A DNA stretch of 64,000 bases from Octopus sinensis (GCF_006345805.1 NC_043006.1:18352001-18416000), one strand, 5' to 3'. Shown: positions 36,411 to 49,753, numbered from the stretch's first letter. Made by a program: numbers and translations. Notes: a model not told the origin generated them from the letters alone.

Positions 36411-37548
36411 AATTATTTATTTATTCATTAATTGTGAATATATGTGTATGTAGCTATATATATGTATATCTGTGTCTATGTAGGAATATACAAAATGCAA
36501 AATTTACTACTTTTATGAAGGGTGATAAATTCTATCGCATGTTGAAAGAAATTATGTAAGAGCTTGTAGGTAAACAACATTCTTTGTTTTCTGGTTTGGA
36601 GCATAGACAAATACATCTTGCAAACTATTAACCCTGGAGCAACCAACATAAAGTTGGCCATGAGGAATGCAAGGCTCAGTAAGTGCAAGCCAGTAGATTT
36701 CAAAATCTGACCGTGAGCTTTATTAACAGACATGGCAAAGCAAAGTTGCAGTGGGAATTGTGTTCATTTGAACTCAAATGGCATGTCTCTTGGTTCGATA
36801 GGAATTCTTAGAATGAAAACCTCTTCTCCAGAGGCACATCCAATGATGATGGTAGCTTCTATCACATTAAGTGATAATGTCTTCACAATCAACCTTGTCC
36901 CATTGCATGATTTAGGAGGATCTAAATTTCTTAGAAGCATTATTAGGACTCCTACCTTCAGAAAAAGTTTGTGGAAGAGTTGCAGGTGGCTCAAAAGAAT
37001 TAAGGAAATTTGTTGTGTAATGGACAGCTTGATTTTCATCAGGGACTGAATCAGTTGATTTGCACTCCTTAATGACTGTTGGAATCTTATTTATTAATTC
37101 ATGGTTAGTCCCTGCTCCCATCTCATTTTTTTTGAGCAAGAATTGCCCTGTCACACAACCATTTATGTGAATTATAATTATTACTTAAATCTGGAAATAC
37201 CCTGTTCTTCAATTCAGCTGGGCAGTTTACCATAATAGCAATATGAGCCAAATTGATATCACCATTCCCATCAAATGGTACTTTCCGATTTTCTAATTGG
37301 AGGAGCCAGGTTCCCCATGTAATGAAGCTCACATGCTAGTATTGAGGAGGATTTCTGTACTTTATTCCATAGGTATGAAGACTTAATGTATGCTTTTATT
37401 TCATCAGATCTTGTTTGTCTTGGAATGACTGGTAATGTCTGTCTGAAGTCTTTTGGTAAAACTAATATAACTCCTCCCATAGATTTATTGTTGCCTCTGA
37501 TATCCTTTAAGGTCTTATCAAGAGCTTCCATTGCACCTCTATGTAACC

Positions 37549-37925
37549 TGGCCCAGTGGTTAGGGCAGTGGACTCGCGGTCATAGGATTGCGGTTTCGAT
37601 TCCCAGACCGGGCGTTGTGAGTGTTTATTGAACGAAAACACCTAAAGCTCCACGAGGCTCCGGCAGGGGATGGTGGTGATCCCTGCTGTACTCTTTCACC
37701 ACAACTTTCTCTCACTCTTACTTCCTGTTTCTGTTGTACCTGTATTTCAAAGGGCTGGCCTTGTCACTCTCTGTGTCACGCTGAATATCCTCGAGAACTA
37801 CGTTAAGGGTGCACGTGTCTGTGGAGTGCTCAGCCACTTGCACGTTAATTTCACGAGCAGGCTGTTCCGTTGATTCAGATCAACCGGAACCCTCGTCGTC
37901 ATAACCGATAGAGTGCTTCCATCCA
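37549..37925 (+). mobile_element. SINE family B nested in the Helitron helicase
   Basis: Family B body flanked by an ATGT(A/G)ACCTGG duplication. Confidence 0.9.
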
Positions 37926-38417
37926 TGTGACCTGGTGTATTCATCCCAAATGATCAGGTGGCATTGGCACAACACTTCTGCTGAACCTGAACCTTTGCTT
38001 ATGTTACAAATCGGACTTTCATTTGGGACTGGCTTTAGCAGTAATTTAAAAGCAGAATGAACTGTTTGTCTTCCTGGGAGAATGGTGATAGCAATGCCAG
38101 ACAATGCTACAGCGATTCCAATTCTCTTTTTGTTGCCTTACCTTGGAGAGAAGCAATGTTGTTACAAATGTTTTACCTGAGCCACCAGGAGCATCAAGAA
38201 AGAAAATTCCTCTGCTTTTTTCTCTGACTGATAGAATAATTTTATCATATGCACAACATTGTTCTGGAAGAAATATAGGTTCGTGTTCATTCACAAATGC
38301 AGCCAACTCTGTGATGTCATAATTTGTCCCTCTTGTTATGTCTCTTGAAGTTTAATCACTATATGTAGGTATATGTATATATATATATGCGTGTGTGTGT
38401 GTGTATATATATATATG

Positions 38418-38735
38418 TCACGTAAAAAGCACCATCCGAATCGTGGCCGAAGCCAGTGCCGCCTCGACTGGCTTCTGTGCCGGTGGCACGTAAAATGCAC
38501 CAATCCGACCTTGGCCGTTGCCAGCCTCGCCTGGCACCTGTGCGGGTGGCACGTAAAAAGCATCCACTACACTCACGGAGTGGTTGGCATTAGGAAGGGC
38601 ATCCAGCTGTAGAAACATTGCCAGATAAGACTGGAGCCTGGTGCAGCCTTCTGGCTTCCCAGATCCCCTGTCAAACCGTCCAACCCATGCTAGCATGGAG
38701 AACGGACGTTAAACGATGATGATGATGATGATGAT
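38418..38735 (+). mobile_element. (GAT)n-tailed retroposon
   Basis: Family consensus blocks. Confidence 0.85.
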
Positions 38736-39056
38736 ATATATACATATATATATGTATGTATGTATATGTGAATGTGTATGTATCTATATTTGACGGTTTA
38801 TTTTTGGCATTCCAAAGCCAGACACTTGAAAGTTCTTGCATCCCATTGCCAAAACTTGATCCGCAATATCGATCAGTGCTTGGTTAAAAATTGTTTCAGA
38901 GAACTGAATATTGATATCTGGGTTTGTGTGTTGAACTGCATACTTTAAGTCCTCAGCCATCTATTTACGATGTTTAATCCAAAGGTGTAGGGGACTGCCA
39001 AGTTGACATTGTTCCAGTATAATTGCAAAAAGGTTATGGAATTTCCTTGGCGAATC

Positions 39057-39474
39057 GAAATCGTTCAAAAATCAATGGAATTGTAGTTGTGATACCAGTG
39101 CCGGTGGCATGTAAAAGAACCATCCGAACGTGGCCGTTGCCAGCACCACCCCGACTGGCCTCTGTGCCGGTGGTACGTAAAAGAACCATCCGAACGTGTC
39201 CGTTGCCAGCACCACCCCGACTGGCCTCTGTGCCGGTGGCACGTAAAAGAACCATCCAAACGTGGCCGTTGCCAGCCTCGCCTGGCACCTGTGCCAGTGG
39301 CACGTAAAAAGCACCCACTACACTCACAGAGTGGTTGGCGTTAGGAAGGGCATCCAGCTGTAGAGACTCTGCCAGATCAGACTGGAGCCTGGTGCAGCCT
39401 CCTGGCTTCCCAAACCCCAGTCAAACCGTCCAACCCATGCTAACATGGAAAGCGGACGTTAAACGATGATGATG
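39057..39474 (+). mobile_element. (GAT)n-tailed retroposon with three internal units
   Basis: Family consensus blocks, inserted in Helitron coding sequence. Confidence 0.85.
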
Positions 39475-39672
39475 AATCTGATACTGATGCTTCAGTCATT
39501 GCAAGATTCCATTGCTCAGCATTTTCTAAAATACCTTGAAGTGGAGGTTAAATGAAAAAAATGAATGACGTGAATATCTCCACATGAGTGATTGAAATAA
39601 ATAGCGATTGTGGAACATCGCATGCACACACACACACAGACATATATACATATAGTATATGAAATGGACATA

Positions 39673-39717
<45 letters not shown>

Positions 39718-39859
39718 AAGAGAGAGAGAGAAAGAGAGAGAGAGAAAGAGAGAGAGGAAAGAGAGAGAGAGAAAGAGAGAGAGAGAAAGAGAGAGAGAGA
39801 AAGAGAGAGAGAGAGTGAGTAAAGGGGTGTGTTGTCATGCATACATACATACATATAAT

Positions 39860-40233
39860 AGGAGCACTCCGTCGGTTGCGACGATGAGGGTCCCAGCTGA
39901 TACGATCAACGGAACAGCTTGCTCGTGATATTAACGTGCAAGTGGCTGAGCACTCCACAGACACGTGTACCCTTAACGTAGTTCTCGGGGAGATTCAGCG
40001 TGACACACAGAATGTGACAAGGCTGGCCCTTTGAAATACAGGTACAAGAGAAACAGGAAGAAAGAGCGTGGTGAAAGAGTACAACAGGGGTCGCCACCAC
40101 CCCCTGCTGGAACCTCATGGAGCTTTAGGTGTTTTCGCTCAATAAACACTCACAATATCCAGTCTGGGAATTGAAACCGCGATCCTCCGACCGCGAGTCC
40201 GCTGCCCTAACCACTGGGCCATTGTGCCTCCAC
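39860..40233 (-). mobile_element. SINE family B (variant subfamily)
   Basis: Reverse complement of family B with diagnostic differences. Confidence 0.88.
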
Positions 40234-40843
40234 ACATACATACATATATACATACATAAATATTCATGCATCATTTAATTTTTTTTGCATGTGTGTGTGT
40301 ATGTGGAAGAGAGAGAGTGCCACTTAGACATCACTTTCTCTTTCTCTCTCTCTTACACACATGTGCGCACACGCATACATACTAAACAGATCCATGCATA
40401 TGTATTCATGTATGTACATGTACATGACAACACACCCCTTTACTCTCTCTCTCTCTTTCTCTCACACACACACAGATCCACACACAAAAACACACACACA
40501 TACATAAATGCTTACAAACGTGTGTGTGTGTGTGCGTGTGACTGACAACCAACACATGGAGCTCAACATAGAGCACAGAAAGTAAATAAATAAAAACTTT
40601 TTATGGAAATTAACGAAGTGTGTGGGTTCAAGCAAAATTTGTGAACTTAGATATTTCTCACAGTAATTTACTATAGTTGTTTGTAAATAGCAAATCAAAC
40701 TTGAAATGGAAACATTAAAATACAGAGTGAGAGATTTCGCAAATGGAAATGGAAACTTTCGCCGTTGCCACGTTAATATCTGAAGTTGACATTGAGAAAC
40801 CTTTTTAAAGAAGTGAATCATATATATAAAGCAATATTATATA

Positions 40844-41241
40844 TCTTTATATATAAAAGTGAAGTTGTGTGTCTGTCTCCTATGATTTAGATTCCTAACT
40901 ACTCCCACATTTTGCAGTGCAGTTTAACCAAAACCTGGTATCTTATAGTCGTGATTCATATCGAGCCCTTCTGGGTATTAGCGTGCGTCTACAATGAGTC
41001 TACGATTAAAAAAAAATTTACCATCATTTTTTCCATTTTAATGCATTTTTTCCGCTATTATATAAGGGAAGTAACTCTCTAAAAATGTCTACGATGAGTC
41101 AACGATTTAAAAAAAAATTTACCATAATTTTTTTTTCCATTTCTAATGCATTTTTTTGTTATTTTTTGGCTATAACTCTCTAAAAATGCTTATATAGTTA
41201 TTTCCCTTACAAACCCGAGCAATGCCAGGCGATACTGCTAG
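40844..41241 (+). mobile_element. Non-autonomous Helitron
   Basis: A|TCTTTATATATAAAA start, CCCGAGCAATGCCAGGC subterminal hairpin, CTAG|T end. A sister copy is at 49003. Confidence 0.85.
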
Positions 41242-41381
41242 TTTTTAATAACTAAATAAATTGAAGAGCCTGTTATATATCTGAAGTCAAATTTTTCATG
41301 CATCTCAAGTATGGAAACAATTCACGCAGCCGTTTTCACGTGAAAAGCAAACACACACACAAAGATCTAATTTATATAAGA

Positions 41382-42794
41382 CTAGCAGTATAACCCGGCT
41401 TTGCCCGGGATTAAGTTACGATTATTAAGCTAATCAAGTTCTTTATTTCAAACCAAACTAAGTAATATAGACATCAAATTAGGGTGAAATCCATTGAAAT
41501 TTGTTATATTATATATATATATTATATATATTATATATTATTTAATATATATATTATATATATATTATTTAATATATATATTATATAATATGTTATTTAA
41601 TAGGCGCAGGAGTGGCTGTGTGGTAAGTAGCTTGCTTACCAACCACATGGTTCCGGGTTCAGTCCCACTGCGTGGCATCTTGGGCAAGTGTCTTCTGCTA
41701 TAGCCTCGGGCTGACCAAAGCCTTGTGAGTGGATTTGGTAGACGGAAACTGAAAGAAGCCTGTCGTATATATGTGTGTGTGTATATGTTTGTGTGTCTGT
41801 GTTTGTCCCCCTAGCATTGCTTGACAACCGGTGCTGGTGTGTTTACATCCCCGTCACTTAGCGATTCGGCAAAAGATAGAATAAGTACTGGGCTTACAAA
41901 GAATAAGTCTTGGGGTCGATTTGCTTGACTAAAAGGCGGTGCTCCAGCATGGCCGCAGTCAAATGCCGGAAACAAGTAAACGCGAACACGTACGTATGTA
42001 CACCTATTGCATGTTTTGTGCACGCATACATGTTCATAAACAGAAATGAATAGAAAAAATGTTGTTAAATTTGTAGATTAACACTCGCACGATTTTCACT
42101 AAAGTATATATACTATGATTATAAAATATAGTGTCTTTCAAAAACAAAAAACAAAACATTTTACATTTTATTTTTTATGAACGTCATAACTTACTCTCTC
42201 TCCCTCTCTCACTTTGTCTTTCCCGTGAAACTTGTGGTGTGTGCGTGATTCGAATATAAAGGCACCTACCTTCTCTTCCTCGTGATGGAGACCCTTCAGT
42301 GGTAACTAATCCTTCGACACAGCCCCGACCCGAACACTAAAGATAGCAGCTGCTCACCCAAACCTTAGCGACGTCCTCACACGTCTTGACACCTGGACGA
42401 CCCACGTTGGAAAGGCCTAATTCGCCGCTGCCTGTGCACGCCTGACGGCTGCCCCTTCTGGTTGCCCCAGCTTCCGGTCAACGCACCCAGCTGCTGACGT
42501 CATCCCACAAAACTCTCTGCCTCCTTCTTCTACTTTTCTTTATCTTATTTTTTTTTGTTAGATGCCATCAAAAACGCCAAGGCTGATATTTTTCGTGGCT
42601 AAAAGCTATGTCTGAAAATAGATATTTACGCTACCCACGGGTGCCTCAGGAAAAAAATAAGTTGACAAACCTCAGATAGGATGTTGACAAATGTCCTCCT
42701 AAAATTGGAGCGATATGCGTGCTAATTTGTGGACGTGCATAAATTACAATCATGTACACGCACACACACGCACACACATCCTCCCTTTTATAGA
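41382..42794 (-). mobile_element. Non-autonomous Helitron with GC-rich cargo and nested SINE A
   Basis: Minus strand A|TCTATAAAAGGG start at 42794, CCCGGGCAAAGCCGGG hairpin, and CTAG|T end at 41382. Confidence 0.75.
41602..41980 (+). mobile_element. SINE family A
   Basis: Full-length family A sequence. Confidence 0.9.
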
Positions 42795-42822
42795 TATATG
42801 TGTGTGTGTGCGTGCGTGTATG

Positions 42823-42872
<50 letters not shown>

Positions 42873-43021
42873 TATGTATATGTAAGTGTGTGTGTCTCTC
42901 TCTGTATATATATGTATGGGTGTGTGTGTATGTACATTATTGTGTCCATCTGTCTATATATGTGTATATATATGTATATGTGTTTTTAAATTTTACGGCT
43001 TATGTGTGTGTGTGTATGTAT

Positions 43022-43063
<42 letters not shown>

Positions 43064-43243
43064 CAAGAAATCAAAAGACGAAGACAGGTGTGTAAACAAC
43101 AAACAGATGTATTAGTTTAACGCTTGGGAAGTGAGAAAGTCTTTTACGTTTCAAGCCTCTGTGTGTGTGTATGTGTGTGTGTATGTATGTATGTGTGTAT
43201 GTATGTGTGTATGTATCGATATGTAAATTTATGTGTATATATG

Positions 43244-43274
<31 letters not shown>

Positions 43275-43560
43275 GTATGTGTATGTATGTGTGTGTATAT
43301 ATGTATGTGTGTATGTATGTATGTGTGTATGTATGTGTGTATATATATATATATGTATGTGTGTATATATATATATATATGAGTATGTATATGTAAGTGT
43401 GTGTGTCTCTCTCTGTATATATATGTATGGTGTGTGTGTATGTATGTATGTGTGTATGTATCGATATGTAAATTTATGTGTATATATGTATATATATCTA
43501 TATCTATACCTATCTATCTATCTATCTATCTCTATCTATCTATCTATCTATCTATCTGTC

Positions 43561-43652
<92 letters not shown>

Positions 43653-43660
43653 CTATGTGT
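42795..43660. repeat. Compound (TA/TG/TATG/TATC)n tract with local duplications
   Basis: GAGTATGTATATGTAAGTGTGTGTGTCTCTCTCTG occurs at ~42870 and ~43381. Confidence 0.9.
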
Positions 43661-43765
43661 ATTATTACTTAGTAAATTGAAAAGATGAAATGGTATATAT
43701 TTCAACAGAATAATTTTTGAGGTTGTGTGCCAATATAGCCTCATTGAAAGTAAGTTACTTGCTAG

Positions 43766-43813
<48 letters not shown>

Positions 43814-44029
43814 TTATTAATATTATAGTATAGATTACCGTATCTAGTAGTAACACAAACAAAATTTTTCAAAACCACGATTATTTTTAAGCTTTCCTCA
43901 ATCTTCCATTGGTGGTATGTGCATATTAGACACAATGAAGATTTTTTCTTTGTTTTTGGAAAAACTGCGTCCAGTAGCTATCTCCAGTATTTTATTGAGT
44001 GCTGTATTTTTTTCAGCGTTTCATTAAAA

Positions 44030-44322
44030 TGCTAAGATGTCGTCCAAACTCCCTGTACCTTCTAAGGCTTCTGGTAGTGAACCAGAAAAATGTTATGACA
44101 CTCCACGAGAAGGCACAACTGCTGGATGTCTTCTGGGAAGGTAAAAGTTATGCTGCAGTAAGCTGCTATTATGTTGTCAGTGAAAGTACCATATGCTACA
44201 TAAAGAACAAGGAGGCAACCAGGATTACCATAGCAGCAAGTCTCTGTGAAAGTGCTAAAAAGATAACGATAGTGAGAAATAAGCACATCGTCAGGATGGA
44301 ATCTGCCTTAGCATTGTGTTAA
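44030..44322 (+). mobile_element. Tigger/pogo transposase N-terminal remnant (HTH-psq and CENP-B HTH)
   Basis: QKNVMTLHEKAQLLD...GKSYAAVSCYY.VSESTICYIK...RMESALAL. Confidence 0.75.
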
Positions 44323-44575
44323 CAAAACGTGCTGAAAGCTCAAACGTGATGGTGTTCTATAGAATTGGAAGTTCTAGGAAGATGTAGGATACTGATTTCA
44401 CAAAAGAGATGACAAGAGACTGCAGTGACTGTTGGCATGCTGTACCAGAGAAGATCTACATTCTGGGGGAAAACTCTGGTGAGGAGACTGGTTACAAAGG
44501 GAGTGGCTGGGATTCTCTTGATTCACTGTTCCCTCCCAACTTTTCTTCCTCTTTGGGTGCTTTAACAGCATTTAT

Positions 44576-44805
44576 CTGTTTCTTTATTACCCACAAGGGG
44601 TTAAACATAGAGGGGACAAACAAGAACAGACAAACGGATTGTCGATTACATCGACCCCAGTACGTAACTGGTACTTAATTTATCGACCCCGAAAGGATGA
44701 AAGGCAAAGTCGACCTTGGCAGAATTTGAACTCAGAACGTAATGGCAGACAAAATACGGCTACACATTTCGCCCGGCGTGCTAACGGTTCTGCCAGCTTG
44801 CCGCC
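44576..44805 (-). mobile_element. SINE family C with 14-bp TSD
   Basis: TSD TAACAGCATTTATC at 44562-44575 and 44806-44819. Confidence 0.9.
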
Positions 44806-46123
44806 TAACAGCATTTATCACTTGCTCTCTTTCCATCTCTATCATTCCCTCCAGCTACCCTTTTTTTTCAATGTTCTTGGTCCTAAAAGAATATTATTTA
44901 TGCCTATGTCACCACCTCTCTCTGTTTTAAAACTTCCCCACAGTTCATCTTCCTAACACCCATCTCTCCAGCATTCTTCTAAGTATAGTGCTATTTACTC
45001 AGCTGCTGTAATTATATGAGAACAGAACTGCGCATATTTCATCCCCTTTTCTTGCTGCTGGTCATCCCTCTTCCATCTCTCATTCTCAATATCACCCCTT
45101 CCTTTAGGGCAGGGACTTGGCAGAATCATAAGCATGCCAGGCAAAATTCTTAGCAGTTCATCTGTCTTTACCTTTCATCCTTCCGGGGTTGATAAAATGA
45201 GTACCAGTTGAGTACTGGGATTGATTTAATCAACTTACTCACTTTTCCAAAGTTGCTGACCTTGTGCTAAAATTTGAAACCTTCACACTTTTCTCTAGAC
45301 AGCCCCTTTTCTTGAGCTACATTTTGTGACTGCTATTATCTTATTCGTAACATCCTCTCATATTTACCATCAATGCTCCCACCCCAGTCACACACACTTT
45401 ATCACTCACTATATCTACCCTTAAATATCTCTGACTTGCATTTCTGTCACTGTGCATCTCTTTCCCCCGATCCATTTCCACATCTCCCTATTTCTCATTT
45501 ATCTGTGGTTTAATTATACTGCTACTTTCCACCCATTGTTTTGTATGGCTACTTGTTACCTATTCCTCTTTGACCCTCACCTATTTCCTTCATCTTCTCT
45601 CCAAACTGATATACACCATCAACCGAGACCTCCAGCTTCATTCCATATTCACTGTGTTGGTCTTAATTCCCCATTTCTAATCTTCTGTTACCCACTTTTC
45701 ACACTCTCACAGATTTACCCACCTGGCTCATCCCAGTCTTTTCATCACATTCTCTCTTATATATTGATCTTCATGTACTTCGGGGGCATTCCCACCATTT
45801 TTTCTCCTTTGTCAACTGGAGTAGTTTTGTAGCTCCTCCACAGTGAGAAACTTGCTCCTGACCTTCCATCATTCTTTAGCCTCCCAAGACCTGTCATAAT
45901 ACTCCCTTAATACTACACCCCAGCCCCTCATTTGAGAGGGCTTGTCTTGTAAGTTACTTGATATCTTCACAAGTATTGATACCACAAAACAAAGCACCCA
46001 GTACACTTTGCAATGTGGTTGGCATTGGGAAGGGCATCCAGGTTTAGAAACAATGTTGAAAACGCTGGAGCCCAAAACAGTTCTCTGGTTTATTGGATAC
46101 CATCAAACTGTCAAAGCCATACC

Positions 46124-46351
46124 TATTTATTTACTACCCACAAGGGGCTAAACACAGAGAGGACAAACAAGGACAGACAAACGGATTAAGTCGATTACAT
46201 CGACCCCAGTGCGTAACAGGTACTTAATTTATCGACCCCGAAAGGATGAAAGGCAAAGTCGACCTCGGCGGAATTTGAACTCAGGACGTAACAGCAGACA
46301 GAATATGGCTATGCATTTTGCCTGGCGTGCTAACGTTTCTGCCAGCTCACC
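46124..46351 (-). mobile_element. SINE family C with 14-bp TSD, nested in an old (GAT)n element
   Basis: TSD GTCAAAGCCATACC at 46110-46123 and 46352-46365. Confidence 0.9.
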
Positions 46352-46573
46352 GTCAAAGCCATACCAGCATAGAAAACAAATATTAAATGATGATAGGGAA
46401 GATGGTGTTCATCACCATATACATACGTATACACATACCTAACAACATACAACATACATACATGTGTGTGTGCGCGCGTATGTGTGTGTGCGCGCGTATG
46501 TGTGTGTGCGCGCGTATGTGTGTGTGTGTGTTTGTGTATGTGTATACATATATATATATATATATATATATAG

Positions 46574-47108
46574 TATGTCAGGTCACTTTCGAGTGCTACT
46601 GGTAATATGTAACCCAGTACAACCTGTTGCATGGTTGGGTCGTTGGCGACTAAACTGGCAACCCCAACAAGCTTGCTTGCTGAGGAGGGGGTTTATTGGA
46701 CACCCTGCGAGATGAAAAACAAAACCCGTCAAAGGGCGGAGGAACTCTTGAGAGTCAACGGCCATCCAATAAGGCTGTATCATGCGCGGGAACATGGACT
46801 GAATATCCGATCATGCGGTTAAACCATTAGAAGTGAAGGACTCCTAGCCTTTGTTAGGGCATCCTTCTAGGAGAAGGTAACTCAGGTAACTGGGATAACT
46901 CCGACATAAAACCTGCGGCTCAGTGGTTACCGATGATGTTGACTTGTTCTTCTTTTCGGATTATGACTGCTGTTACTTAATGAGTGGGATTGACTCAGTG
47001 CACAGCCTTTCCTCACTTTAAAAAAAATCTTCTTGCACAGGCATTGCATGATAACAACATTGATTGAGCTTTGTGCAATGGCCATACTCAATAATGAGGG
47101 GGCAGCCC
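46574..47108 (+). mobile_element. Possible RTE-type LINE 5' region inserted in (TA)n
   Basis: GC-richer block with CTAGGAGAAGGTAACTC...AAAACCT, reminiscent of RTE 5' UTRs. No intact ORF. Confidence 0.35.
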
Positions 47109-47227
47109 CATATATATATCATCATCATCATCATCATCATCGTTTAGCGTCCGTTTTCCATGCTAGCATGGGTTGGACGGTTCTACTGGGGTCTGTGAAG
47201 CCAGAAGGCTTCATCAGGCCCAGTCAA

Positions 47228-47274
<47 letters not shown>

Positions 47275-47281
47275 AGATATA

Positions 47282-48172
47282 CAGAGGGGGATAAGAGCAA
47301 TTAAAAAACTTAACTCCATGCATGTTGAATGGCTGTTGTATTTAAATAAGACAAGGGCATTTCTTCTTGGTACAAAAATGATGTAAGGTGAGCAAGATAA
47401 ATGAAGTCTCTCTTAAGGTCAGCATGGTTAATACAAAACTAGTTTCACGTTTAATGTGCAAACTAAATAGATTAATTTTTTAAAAAATCAATTCAATTTA
47501 AATAAGTACATTCTATGTATACTCCATATTCTGTGAAAAAATATGCATAACTTTAAGATATATTTACCTTCATTTATCCACATCAATTCGTAATTCAAGG
47601 TATACAATATTTTAAAAAAGTAATAGAGAGAGAAGTCATGCTTCTTCATTCATATTCGAACACGCTTCTAATCTGTCACTGGGCTGATAGCAGCAAATTG
47701 TATATATATATATAAAATATGAATTAGAGACAAAACCACTATTAGGCAACACAAACAGTGATAGACATAAACCAATACATAAATAACAAATAATATAAAT
47801 ATAAGTAATATAATATAAATATTGAGTTGCCTAATAGTGGTTTTATCTCTAATTCATATTTTATATATTTATACTGTGAAATTTGATTTAATCCTAAATC
47901 TAATTTTTCCCTGTAAGTTTGGAGCCATACTCCCATGGAGTTGGATTTTTTTTTTAACTGTTCTTTTCCCCCTTCTCTCTATTTCATCATCATCATCATC
48001 ATCATAAACGATGATGATGATGATGATGATGATGAAATAGAGAGAAGGGGGAAAAGAACAATTAAAAAAATCCAACTCCATGCGTGTTGAATGGCTGTTG
48101 TTTTTAAATAAAACTAGGGCATTTCTCCTTGGTACGAAAATGATGTAAGGTGAGCAAGATAAATGAAGTCTA
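47282..48172. mobile_element. Cluster of Penelope-type terminal fragments with direct and inverted repeats
   Basis: 47282-47410 is repeated directly at 48040-48171. Hairpins at 47716-47862 and 47933-48082. Embedded in (TA)n/(CAT)n. Confidence 0.55.
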
Positions 48173-48250
48173 GCTTATGTATATATATATATGGTAAGCT
48201 GGCAGAATCATGAGCATGGTGGATGAAATGGTTAATGGTATTTAGCCTAT

Positions 48251-48480
48251 GGCGGTGAGCTGGCAGAATTGTTAGTATGCCAGGTGAAATGCCTATCAGT
48301 ATTTCGTCTGCCGCAACGTTCTGAGTTCAAATTCCGCCGAGATCGACTTTGCCTTTCATCCTTTCGGGGTCGATTAAATAAGTACCAGATACAACTGGGG
48401 TCGATATAATCGACTTAATCCGTTTGTCTGTCCTTGTTTGTCCTCTCTGTGTTTAGCCCCTTGTGGGTAGTAAAGAAATA
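48251..48480 (+). mobile_element. SINE family C with 12-bp TSD, nested in an older family C copy
   Basis: TSD GGTATTTAGCCT at 48237-48248 and 48481-48492. Confidence 0.9.
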
Positions 48481-48597
48481 GGTATTTAGCCTGTTGCTGT
48501 GTTCGGAGTTTCAATTCCTCCAAGGTTAGCTTCACCTTTCATCCTTTTGGAGTCAATAAATGAAGTACCAGTGAAACACTGGGGTTGATGAAATTGA

Positions 48598-48824
48598 TTA
48601 ACCCTTTAGTGTTCAGATTATTCAATCAAACATAATGCCTATTGATTCCCATTGATTTGAATTAATCATGCATTATCTCACATCTTCAAGATCTTGATGG
48701 TGTAATTACTTAATGTAGAATAACATTGTAGGGTAGGTGTGAGAGCCTGGATCTGGTCAGTTTGAACATAAAACAGATTAGCTATTTTGGCCGGATATGG
48801 TCGGTTTAGATACTAAATGATTAA
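48598..48824. mobile_element. piggyBac-like MITE
   Basis: TTAACCCTTTAG start, homologous to 32601-32829. Confidence 0.72.
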
Positions 48825-48871
48825 ACCGCTCCTCCAAATTTCACGCCTTGTGCCTATAGTAGAAAATTTAT

Positions 48872-48906
<35 letters not shown>

Positions 48907-49002
48907 GTGATAAGAAGTATATGCATGAGACTCTTGGCCTTTGAGTCGCTTTTGTAACTTCTTGCTGATTAAATATAATAAAAATGACACCCACCCAAAC
49001 AC

Positions 49003-49441
49003 ATCTATATATATAAAACTGTAGTTGTGTGAGTGTCTGTCCCCTTCGATTTAGATTCCTAACTCCTCCCACATTTTGCGGTGCAGTTTAACCAAAGCCG
49101 GGTATCTTATAGTCGTGATTCATATCGAGCCCGTCTGAGTATTTTTCGTGTGTCGATGGCGGCGGAGTTGGCATCCATGGTCACACCTGCACCTGTTTGC
49201 TTCTCCCCCTTCTTCCCTCCCTCGTGAAGCTGTGGGGAAGGGAGTGTAAGGAAATCAACGTCGTAAAGCATTGTCAAGGAGACCAGCGTTCTTTTAGAAC
49301 AACGACTTCATGGCTTGAAGACACCAAAACAGAAATGGCTAAGAAAGCCCGAATTGGCATCTATAAAGGAAGTAACTCTCTAAAAATGCTTATATAGTTA
49401 TTTCCCTTACAAACCCGAGCAACGCCGGGCGATACTGCTAG
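49003..49441 (+). mobile_element. Non-autonomous Helitron
   Basis: A|TCTATATATATAAAA ... CCCGAGCAACGCCGGGC GATACTGCTAG|T. Ends are shared with 40844-41241 but the middle differs. Confidence 0.87.
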
Positions 49442-49639
49442 TGTATATATGAAAACTTAATAAAGTAATGTTAGGAGGCAACCTGTCTGTGGCATGTTTA
49501 TTGTTTATATAGCTTGATCTCCTCCTGCTCTCTTTGTGCAATCATCAATCAAATATTATTACATACATTTGTCTCTGTAGGTTGTTGTTTGTTTTCCAAT
49601 TTTTATTTTTGTGTTTCTTATTGTAGTTGTATTCAGTTT

Positions 49640-49753
<114 letters not shown>

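Larger units (their letters stand above)
36560..39530 (-). mobile_element. Decayed autonomous Helitron RepHel (PIF1-like helicase)
   Basis: FFLDAPGGSGKTF (Walker A), LIIWDE, DFRQTLPVIP, IMLLRNLDPPKSCNGTRL, AMSVNKAHGQ and upstream NLFAIILEQC..PLHLW. Frameshifted and interrupted by SINEs. Confidence 0.9.

Noticed and set aside
36560-38330. Host PIF1 helicase gene
   Set aside because: Intronless, frameshifted, interrupted by SINEs, and carries Helitron-specific upstream motifs.
43709-43749. Candidate next TTC23 exon (CAG...GTAAGT, open in phase 2)
   Set aside because: Poor pyrimidine tract and no resemblance to the expected TPR continuation. Similar candidates near 33583, 49922 and 55953 were also rejected. 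The next exon is probably outside the window, or I missed it.
46574-46930. HDV-like ribozyme in the putative RTE 5' region
   Set aside because: I could not assemble the nested double pseudoknot by eye. An RNArobo or Infernal search is needed.
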